A stretch of DNA of 64,000 bases, taken from contig CAWFHJ010000020.1 in NCBI GenBank assembly GCA_963815585.1, positions 88,673-152,672 of the forward strand, in the 5' to 3' direction. The notes under the pieces are model-generated. The model was given only the letters and a program-made list of their open reading frames with translations, made no database searches and had not been told where the DNA came from. The position numbers were made by a program, and so were the translations under genes. Origin of the DNA: an uncultured Actinomycetota bacterium (GTDB lineage Bacteria; Actinomycetota; Actinomycetes; Propionibacteriales; Nocardioidaceae). Below are positions 55,203 through 64,000 of the stretch, piece by piece (the stretch's first letter is position 1; the number at the start of each line of letters is the position of its first letter).

Positions 55203-56624
55203 TTATCGGTAGCGCTCCGGGTCGTCCAGCAGCTCGTTCATGGCACCGGAACGGAAGCCGAGCGGATCGACGTCCGCCTCGCCGAAACCGGCATCGCGCA
55301 CGGCGGCCAGCACAGCGTCGTCGACGCGGTCGACGAGGCCGCGGTCGACCTCGATCCGGGCCGCGTCACCGAGGTCGCGGACGCGCACGTTGCGAGCCTC
55401 CGGCAGGTGCTGACGTACGGCGGCCTCGGCGCGCTCGACCCGCGCCAGCCGGTGCGGCGTGATCTCCACGCCGTAGGCGATCCGGGAGCTCAGGCAGGCC
55501 GCGGCCGGCTTGTCCCAGGTCGGCAGGTCCCACGCCAGCGAGGCCGCCCGGACCTGGTCCTTGGTGAACCCCGCGTCGAGCAGTGGCGTCACCGCCCCGC
55601 GGTCCGCGGCCGCCTGGATGCCCGGCCGGAAGCCGGCCCGGGCGTCGTCGGCGTTGGTGCCGGTGGCGACCGCGTCATAGCCGTGCTCGCGCGCCAGCGG
55701 CGCGAGCACGTCGAGCAGCTCGGACTTGCAGAACGCGCACCGGTCTCCGGCGTTCGCGACGTAGCCCTCGCGCGCCAGCTCGTCGGTCTCCGGCGTGAAC
55801 ACCGCGACGCCCAGATCATGCGCGAACGCCAGTGCCGGTTCGCGCTCCGACAGCGGCAGCGATCCGGAGTACGCGGTGGCGGCAGCGACGTTGGCCGGGC
55901 CGAGGGTGCGCGCCGCCGCGGCGAGCAGGAACGCGCTGTCCGTGCCGCCGGAGAACGCGACGAGCAACCTGGGGTGCCGGCGCAGCTCGGTCTCCAGCGC
56001 GGCCAGCCGGGTCTCCAGCAGGTGGCCCTCGAGCCACGCGGGAAACTCCGTCAGGTCCTCCAGTACGACGTGCGTGCCCGCAGCACGCAGCTCCGCCTCC
56101 GTGCACCCCCCGGTCAGCACCGAGACGCTCGTGGTCCCGGCGGCCAGCGCGCCCTCGACGTCGTGCACGTGGTCGCCGACGTAGATCTGGGCGCCCTGCG
56201 CGCGCAGCACGTCGCCCTTGCCCGGACCCCAGACCCAGCCCTCGACGTGGTCGACGTCGAGCCCGAGGTGGTCGACGTGCAGCTGGGCGTTGGGCGTGTG
56301 CTTGCCGGTCACCAGCAGCACCCGGCCGTGCTCGCGTCGTACGGCGGCGATCGCGTCGTGGGCGCCCGGGAAAGCCGGCGTCGGCAGCACCGCGGTGCCG
56401 GGGTAGATCGCGCGGAACCGGTCCCCCGCCGGGCCGACCGCGTCCTCGGCGAGGTGGTCGCGCAGCAGGTGGTCGAGCGGCGGCCCGAGGCGGGCGGTCA
56501 TCGACTCGGTCGGGAACGTGATGCCGAGCTCCGCGCCGAGCACCTCGAGCGTCGCCGCGAACCCGGCACGGGTGTCGATCAGGGTCATGTCGAGGTCGAA
56601 CCCGACCACCAGCTGATCTGCCAC
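55203..56624 (-). CDS. HAD hydrolase fused to a LarE-like PP-loop sulfur transferase
   Basis: N-terminal FDLDMTL, VTGK, YVGDHVHD; C-terminal AFSGGTDS, RCAFCK, GTNADD, RPG, DKPAAACLSSR, RVR, ARIEV; single 473-aa ORF. Confidence 0.88.
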   Translation of the reverse strand: MADQLVVGFDLDMTLIDTRAGFAATLEVLGAELGITFPTESMTARLGPPLDHLLRDHLAEDAVGPAGDRFRAIYPGTAVLPTPAFPGAHDAIAAVRREHGRVLLVTGKHTPNAQLHVDHLGLDVDHVEGWVWGPGKGDVLRAQGAQIYVGDHVHDVEGALAAGTTSVSVLTGGCTEAELRAAGTHVVLEDLTEFPAWLEGHLLETRLAALETELRRHPRLLVAFSGGTDSAFLLAAAARTLGPANVAAATAYSGSLPLSEREPALAFAHDLGVAVFTPETDELAREGYVANAGDRCAFCKSELLDVLAPLAREHGYDAVATGTNADDARAGFRPGIQAAADRGAVTPLLDAGFTKDQVRAASLAWDLPTWDKPAAACLSSRIAYGVEITPHRLARVERAEAAVRQHLPEARNVRVRDLGDAARIEVDRGLVDRVDDAVLAAVRDAGFGEADVDPLGFRSGAMNELLDDPERYR

Positions 56625-56670
56625 GCCTCCAGCGTACGAAGGCTGCGCGACGACTGCGACAGTGGTCCGC

Positions 56671-57132
56671 ATGTCCGACACCTGGTGGCACGTCGCGCTC
56701 GCGGTGCTGGGCGCGCTGGTGCTGGTCTGGCTGCTGTTCGTGCTCGCGCTCATCGTGGTGAGACCGAAGGACGGCCTGCTCCGCGAGAGCCTGCGGATCC
56801 TGCCGGACCTGGTGCGGATGCTGACCCGGCTCGCGCGCGACCCCGACCTTCCGCGCGGGGTGCGGGTGCGGCTGGCGCTGCTGGTCGGCTACCTCGCGCT
56901 GCCGATCGACCTGGTGCCGGACTTCGTGCCGGTGCTCGGGTACGCCGACGACGCGATCGTGGTGGTCCTCGTGCTCCGCTCCGTCGTACGTCGGGTCGGC
57001 GTGGAGCCGTTGCGCGCGCACTGGCCGGGCACCGGCGACGGCTTCGCCACTCTGTGCCGGCTGGCCGGACTCAGCCCTGGTGCACCGGCAGCGACCGAGG
57101 AGCGACCGGGGTCGACACCACCAGCGAGCTGA
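56671..57132 (+). CDS. DUF1232 (YkvA) family protein
   Basis: YLALPIDLVPDFVPVLGYADD. Confidence 0.92.
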   Translation: MSDTWWHVALAVLGALVLVWLLFVLALIVVRPKDGLLRESLRILPDLVRMLTRLARDPDLPRGVRVRLALLVGYLALPIDLVPDFVPVLGYADDAIVVVLVLRSVVRRVGVEPLRAHWPGTGDGFATLCRLAGLSPGAPAATEERPGSTPPAS

Positions 57133-57235
57133 TCGTCTGGCCGTGCATCAGGAACTTGTCGAGGGTGTCCTCGAGCTCCTGGATCGTCGCCGCGTGCACC
57201 GTGACCAGGAAGCCGTCCTCGCCGGTGATCCGGAT
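57071..57235 (-). pseudogene. C-terminal remnant of an Lrp/AsnC family regulator
   Basis: RITGEDGFLVTVHAATIQELEDTLDKFLMHGQTISSLVVSTPVAPRSLP; the N-terminal HTH is absent. Confidence 0.7.
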
Positions 57236-57263
57236 CGCGCCGGACGCATCGGACCGGCGTGCC

Positions 57264-57355
57264 AGATAGTCCGTGACGAAAAGCGCTTGGACCGGGCCCC
57301 CGAGGGCGCTCAACGTCACGGACTATCTCCAGATCGCGCCAAACGTCACGGACTA
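57264..57355. repeat. 15-bp inverted repeat plus a third direct copy of the right arm
   Basis: AGATAGTCCGTGACG (57264-57278) / CGTCACGGACTATCT (57314-57328); AACGTCACGGACTA repeats at 57312 and 57342. Confidence 0.88.
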
Positions 57356-57372
57356 CCCGGCCCCGACCGCGC

Positions 57373-59028
57373 TCAAGGGAGCCGGGCGTTGACCACCCGG
57401 TCGAGCACCTCGAGCGGCAGCGAACCGGAGTCGAGCACGGCCGAGTGGAAGGCCTTGATCTCGAACTTCTCGCCCAGCCGCTCCTCGGCCTCGCGGCGCA
57501 TCCGCTGGATCTCCAGCCGGCCGATCATGTACGACGTGGCCTGGCCGGGCGAGACCACGTAGCGGTCGATCTCCGGACGGACCACGCCCTCGTGCAGCGG
57601 GGTGTTCGCGAGCATGTAGTCCACGGCCTGCTGACGGCTCCAGCCGAGCCCGTGCAGGCCGGTGTCGACGACCAGCCGCGTCGCGCGCATCGAGTCGGCG
57701 GCCAGCATCCCGATCCGGGCGACCTGGCTGTCGTAGAGGCCCATCTCGTCGCTCAGCCGCTCCGAGTACAGCCCCCAGCCCTCGGCGTACGCCGAGTTGT
57801 GGACGTGCCGGCGGAACGTCGGCACCGAGTCGGGCAGCTCGGCGGCGATCGCGAGCTGGAGGTGGTGGCCCGGGATGCCCTCGTGGAACGCCATCGCCTC
57901 GAGCTCGAAGGTGCCCCACGACGACGGGTCGTCGATGTTGATGAAGAACGTGCCACCGCGGCTGCCGTCCTCGGCGGGCGGGAAGTAGAACGCCTTGGCG
58001 CCGGTCATCGTGCCCTCGACCGCGCACGGCGCCTTCGGCACCACCTCGAACCAGTCGCCCATCTCGGCGGCGGCTCGGGCCATCGCGACCTTCGACGCCT
58101 CCACCAGCTGGTCACCGGTGGTGAAGTGCAGCGCCGGGTCGGTCCGCAGCTTCTGGAAGATCTCGTCGAGGTCGTCGGTGCCGACCGTCTCGGGACCGAG
58201 GGCGCGGTACTCGTCGGCGAGTGCGGCCACCTGGGCCAGTCCGACGTCGTGGATCTCCTGCGCGCTGCGACGCGTGGTCGTGAAGTAGCGCAGCGTGCGC
58301 TCGTAGGCGTCGGCGCCGCCCTCCAGCCAGTGCAGGCCGCAGTGCTCGTCGGGACGCGCCTGCGGGAGCACCACGTCGCGCAGCACGTCGCGGTAGTCGG
58401 TCATGCCGGGACGCACGGAGGTCTCGATCGCGGACCGCATCCGGGCACGCCACGCGTCCACGTCGATGCCCTCCGGCGGGTGGAGCGCCGCGAGCATCGG
58501 GTCGTCGTCCAGGTCGCCGGCGAGTGCCTCGTCGAGCTGGGTGATCGTGTCGCGGACCGCGAACGCGGCCGGGGTGCGACCGGACTCGACGCCTTCGCGG
58601 TGCCGGACGGCGAGGTCGCGGTAGTGCTGCCCCACTCCCTCGAGCGTGCCGGCCATCGCGTCGGCGACCTCCGGTGTCGGCAGGTGGAGCATGCCGAGGA
58701 TCAGCGGCATCGAGGTCTGGATCCCGAAGATCGGGTCGGCCCCGAGCTCGGTCAGCCGGGCCTCCTGCAGGTCGGCCTGGGCGGTCGCGTTGGCGATCAG
58801 CACTGCGCGGGTGATCTGCTGCTGCTCGTCGAGCGATGTCGTGTCGAGCGCCTCGGCGCGCGCGGCGAGGTCACGCTGGATCGCGATCGACCGGTCCTCC
58901 GCCGCACGTGACGCGTCCTCGAACCGGCCCTGCTCCGGATAGAACCCGAGCAGGTGCTCCTCGGTCGGGTTGTCGGCGAGGTACGCCGCCCAGTACTCGT
59001 CTGCCAGCGTCTCGATCGTGTCGGTCAC
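57373..59028 (-). CDS. DUF885 family protein
   Basis: AFHEGIPGHHLQ, AYAEGWGLYSE, RLVVDTGLH, EIDRY..PGQATSYMIG. Confidence 0.95.
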   Translation of the reverse strand: MTDTIETLADEYWAAYLADNPTEEHLLGFYPEQGRFEDASRAAEDRSIAIQRDLAARAEALDTTSLDEQQQITRAVLIANATAQADLQEARLTELGADPIFGIQTSMPLILGMLHLPTPEVADAMAGTLEGVGQHYRDLAVRHREGVESGRTPAAFAVRDTITQLDEALAGDLDDDPMLAALHPPEGIDVDAWRARMRSAIETSVRPGMTDYRDVLRDVVLPQARPDEHCGLHWLEGGADAYERTLRYFTTTRRSAQEIHDVGLAQVAALADEYRALGPETVGTDDLDEIFQKLRTDPALHFTTGDQLVEASKVAMARAAAEMGDWFEVVPKAPCAVEGTMTGAKAFYFPPAEDGSRGGTFFINIDDPSSWGTFELEAMAFHEGIPGHHLQLAIAAELPDSVPTFRRHVHNSAYAEGWGLYSERLSDEMGLYDSQVARIGMLAADSMRATRLVVDTGLHGLGWSRQQAVDYMLANTPLHEGVVRPEIDRYVVSPGQATSYMIGRLEIQRMRREAEERLGEKFEIKAFHSAVLDSGSLPLEVLDRVVNARLP

Positions 59029-59055
59029 CCGTGCTCCTCGATTCGTTTGATGCTG

Positions 59056-60237
59056 CTAGGGCTGACGGCCAATGAACTCACTCATTCCAGGAACCGTAAA
59101 CGCGAGCAGCCCGCGCTCCGGCGAGTAGACCAGACCCTTCTTGATGAGTTCGTTTCGCGCAACGGAAAGATCGGAAACACGCCTCTTGCCCATCGCCGTC
59201 ACGAGTTCCGCGATGGGCGCCGGGTTGTCGCCTCCCGTTTCACCCAGAGCACGAAGCAACGCCTTCTGTGCAGGCGTCGCACGCTCCCATCGAGAACGGT
59301 AGAGCCCCTCATCGACTTCTTGCTTCGCGAGTTCGCAACCGACTTGCGCATCGTCCAGGGAGATCGGGCTCCCGACCGCTGAGTCCCAGACATGCTTTCC
59401 TACCGCCTGCAGGAAGTACGGGTAGCCGCCCGCTACGCGCAAGGCTTCATCAAGCGCCTCCGCGTTCCATTGAACACCCTGTTGCTCACCCGGCCCCACA
59501 AGCGCCGCCCGAGCCGCATCGGCGTCCAGCAGTCCGACGGGCCGATAGTCATACAGGCGCTCTGCGTAGCTTGTCGCGTCGGCCATCTGCGCTGGGAGGG
59601 AGGGAAGGCCCGCGCCCACAAACATCAGAGGCAGTGGGTCTGCATGTTGTCCGAGCTGGTGAACAGCCGTGTTGACGGCAGTGAGTTCCTCCGGGCTCGC
59701 CTCCTGAAGCTCGTCAACCAGGATCAGCGTGCCGATGCCGAGCTCACGCGACGTTTCACCCAAGATCTCGAACAAGGCGGCCAGGTCGTCGGCGAATCTC
59801 CCCGAATCGGCCACTCCCTTGATCACATCGACGTCAGCGCCCAGCCCCACCATCCCGGTGGCAGGGTTGAACTTCAACGAAAACGATTGAAATACCCCAA
59901 GTAGACGCTTCATCGCAGGCAATGGATGGCGCCCCGTAGCAGTGCGCATCGCCTTCACGAGAGCGGAACTCAACGCAACAGGAAGATCGGTTCCAGACGA
60001 TACTTCTACTTTTGCCGCGATCCATCCGGAGGCAGACACCTGCGTGAGGAGTTCGTTGAGAAGTACCGTCTTGCCGACTCCATGCAGGCCGTTGAGGATC
60101 CAGCTTCGATCTCCTTCACCGAGTTCATCCGCCTTGCGCTTGACGACCACGAACGACTCCAGAAGAGATTCCCTGCCCGCCAGCACAGGCGGTCGTCGGC
60201 CGGCGCCCGGGCGGTATGGGTTCGCGACAGGGTCCAC
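59056..60237 (-). CDS. AAA+ (AAA_16-like) ATPase with probable C-terminal winged helix; atypical codon usage
   Basis: NPYRPGAG..PPVLAGRE, Walker A GLHGVGKT, Walker B ILVDELQ, GYPYFLQ, LIKKGLVY; many A/T-ending codons. Confidence 0.88.
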   Translation of the reverse strand: MDPVANPYRPGAGRRPPVLAGRESLLESFVVVKRKADELGEGDRSWILNGLHGVGKTVLLNELLTQVSASGWIAAKVEVSSGTDLPVALSSALVKAMRTATGRHPLPAMKRLLGVFQSFSLKFNPATGMVGLGADVDVIKGVADSGRFADDLAALFEILGETSRELGIGTLILVDELQEASPEELTAVNTAVHQLGQHADPLPLMFVGAGLPSLPAQMADATSYAERLYDYRPVGLLDADAARAALVGPGEQQGVQWNAEALDEALRVAGGYPYFLQAVGKHVWDSAVGSPISLDDAQVGCELAKQEVDEGLYRSRWERATPAQKALLRALGETGGDNPAPIAELVTAMGKRRVSDLSVARNELIKKGLVYSPERGLLAFTVPGMSEFIGRQP

Positions 60238-60288
60238 GTGTCAGATCATATCGCTATCTATATGAACTTTCGTTATAGGAAGCGATAA

Positions 60289-61935
<1,647 letters not shown>

Positions 61936-61976
61936 GGACAGTGAACGTACGCCGCCGGGCCGCGCACCGGTACTGG

Positions 61977-62534
61977 TCAGACGGTGGGGCGGAAGACCTG
62001 GAACTGCACGCCGTTGGTGAAGGCGCGGCTCTCGACGAGGGTCAGCTTGACCTTGTCCTCGGCGTCGGAGGGGAACAGCCGGCGGCCGCTGCCCAGGATC
62101 ACCGGGAAGACCATCATCCGCATCTCGTCGACCAGGCCGGCGGCGAGCAGTCCCTGGGTCAGCAACAGGCTCCCGTGCACGATGATCGGGCCGCCGTCAC
62201 CGGCCCTCAGCGCGGCGACGTCCTCGAGGGAGGACAGCACCGTGGTGTCGTGCCACTCGGGGTCGGTGACCGTGCTGGACACGACGTACTTGGGCATCGC
62301 GTTGTAGCCGGCGAAGTACTCCATGCTCGGCCAGACCGGCGCGAACGCCTCGTAGGAGCGGCCGCCCATCAGCATCGCCGACGCCTCCTCCTGCTCGGCG
62401 CCCTTCGGTTCGTAGGCGGCAGGATCGGTCTCGACGTCGAAGGTCCAGCCGGCGTGCCGGTAGCCGGGCTCCCCGCCAGGCGCCTCGGCGACACCGTCGA
62501 GGGAGATGAAGTGGGTGGTGATCAAGGTGCGCAT
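61977..62534 (-). CDS. Dihydrofolate reductase-like (RibD C-terminal) protein
   Basis: [45 protein letters not shown]. Confidence 0.9.
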   Translation of the reverse strand: MRTLITTHFISLDGVAEAPGGEPGYRHAGWTFDVETDPAAYEPKGAEQEEASAMLMGGRSYEAFAPVWPSMEYFAGYNAMPKYVVSSTVTDPEWHDTTVLSSLEDVAALRAGDGGPIIVHGSLLLTQGLLAAGLVDEMRMMVFPVILGSGRRLFPSDAEDKVKLTLVESRAFTNGVQFQVFRPTV

Positions 62535-62721
62535 CGGGTGCCTCTCGTCGGTTGCGGTCACTCCACCACGAACGGCGTGGCCCGGCTACGACAGCCACCT
62601 GTCGAACCGACGGTGGACAAATTCCGCAGGATCGTCGAGAAACGTGCCCGTCCAGGGGTAGCGCGTGACCAATGTCCGGGTGGATCGTTACCCGGCGGGG
62701 AGCGGTTACCGGAGGAGAAGC

Positions 62722-64000
62722 ATGTCAAGAGCTCGGATCTTCACACGCGCACGCATCGCCTGGGCGGCCGTCATCGCCGCCCTTCTTGCCTTCTGCCTCG
62801 GCGCCATGCCGGGCACCGCCGCCACGCCCACCTCCGGCACCCTCTCGGCGACGTCCGCGACCGTGACCTGGGGCGGTGGCCCGTTCACGGTGCCCAACCT
62901 GACCGGCACGGCCACCGGCACGCCCGACTGCACGGCCCCGGACTCCTGCGACGACTTCGCGCTCAAGGTCAGCACCACGGCCGCGTTCGGGTCGACCCAC
63001 ATCCTCACCATCGACGTCTCCTGGCCGACCACGGCCGCCGACTTCGACCTGTACGTGCTCGACGCCGCCGGCAACGAGGTCGCCTCGTCGGCCTCCAGCG
63101 CCGACCCGGAAGAGGTCGTGATGCCGCCGACCAGCGGGACCTACACCGTGCGGGTCGTGCCCTACGCCCCGCTCGGCGACTCCTACCAGGCCAAGGCGAC
63201 CCTGCGGACCAAGCCCGTCGACCCGGCTCCGGGCACCACCACCCCGCCGGCGTTCAAGAACTACGCAGCCCCGGCCTCGCTGCCCGACGCCCACAACGCG
63301 GGCGAGCCCTCGATCGGCAACAACTTCAAGACCGGCGCCACGCTCTACCAGTCGTACCTCTCCACCTACAAGGTGACCTTCGACGACACCGTCAGCCCGC
63401 CGGCCGCGACCTGGTCCGACAGCTCGGCCAACGCCACCAACGGCTGTGTGGTCGGCAGCACCCAGAGCCTCGACCCGATCCTGTTCACCGACCACGAGAC
63501 GGGGCGCACCTTCGAGTCCCAGCTCTCGGGCGTGGACTCGCTGACCTGCTACACCGACGACGACGGCCAGACCTGGCTGCCGAGCCAGGGCGGCGGCATC
63601 CCGAGCGGTGTCGACCACCAGACGATCGGCGGCGGCGAGTTCAACGCCAACGGCATCGGCCCGCTGCCGACGTCGACGTACGACAACGCCGTCTACTACT
63701 GCAGCCAGGACATCGCGACGGCGTTCTGCGCGGTGTCCCGTGACGGTGGCACCACGTTCGGCGCCGGCGTCCCGACGTACAGCCTTCTCGACTGCGGCGG
63801 CCTCCACGGCCACGTCAAGGTGGCGCCCGACGGCACCGCCTACCTGCCCAACAAGGGCTGTGGCTCCAACGCCGCGGTCGTGGTCTCCGGGGACAACGGC
63901 ACCTCATGGGCGGTGCACAAGGTGCCCGGCAGCACCCCGAGCGACGCGGACCCGTCCGTCGGCGTCGGCAAGAACGGCACCGTCTACTTCGGCTACGTCG
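62722..64000 (+). CDS. Secreted protein with a PPC-like domain and Asp-box/BNR (sialidase-like propeller) repeats; truncated by the window end
   Basis: GGAGGAG RBS, ATG 62722, signal peptide, DFDLYV...GTYTVRVVPY, TDDDGQTW, SRDGGTTF, SGDNGTSW; open to 64000 and absent from the ORF track. Confidence 0.85.
   Translation, partial: MSRARIFTRARIAWAAVIAALLAFCLGAMPGTAATPTSGTLSATSATVTWGGGPFTVPNLTGTATGTPDCTAPDSCDDFALKVSTTAAFGSTHILTIDVSWPTTAADFDLYVLDAAGNEVASSASSADPEEVVMPPTSGTYTVRVVPYAPLGDSYQAKATLRTKPVDPAPGTTTPPAFKNYAAPASLPDAHNAGEPSIGNNFKTGATLYQSYLSTYKVTFDDTVSPPAATWSDSSANATNGCVVGSTQSLDPILFTDHETGRTFESQLSGVDSLTCYTDDDGQTWLPSQGGGIPSGVDHQTIGGGEFNANGIGPLPTSTYDNAVYYCSQDIATAFCAVSRDGGTTFGAGVPTYSLLDCGGLHGHVKVAPDGTAYLPNKGCGSNAAVVVSGDNGTSWAVHKVPGSTPSDADPSVGVGKNGTVYFGYV

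Overview
High-GC actinobacterial chromosome segment, most likely Nocardioidaceae (inferred from gene order and protein character). It is mostly core genome, with about 65 genes: a PIG-L/methyltransferase/acyl-CoA dehydrogenase/GT2 cluster, the glpR(sepX)-GNAT-mog-moaC-moeA-UGPase-fmdB-mscL locus, an orphan adenine MTase, tRNA-Arg(CCT), IdeR-boxed efeUOB, ideR, several MFS/ABC transporters with MarR/TetR regulators, pdxH, citA, serC, topoisomerase IB, the NCS2-DUF2530-DUF3027-csp block and a foreign-looking AAA ATPase. I found no integrase, transposase, prophage or CRISPR-Cas. The most notable unexplained structures are: (1) a 12-codon sORF (MSSYRMREVAAR) with a perfect Shine-Dalgarno inside a highly structured RNA-like region at 33.39-33.64 kb; (2) a REP-like family GGTCTCGACA(A/G)GCTCGACC that occurs as a 510-bp mosaic array, a tandem cluster, an inverted doublet and an in-frame insertion in a cell-division gene; (3) a HAD-LarE fusion with no other lar genes in the window; (4) a catalytically degenerate M23 domain fused to an intact EEP domain; (5) several 65-90 bp nested palindromes, two gene remnants and two or three frameshifts. 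All product calls come from motif recognition by eye, not from database searches.
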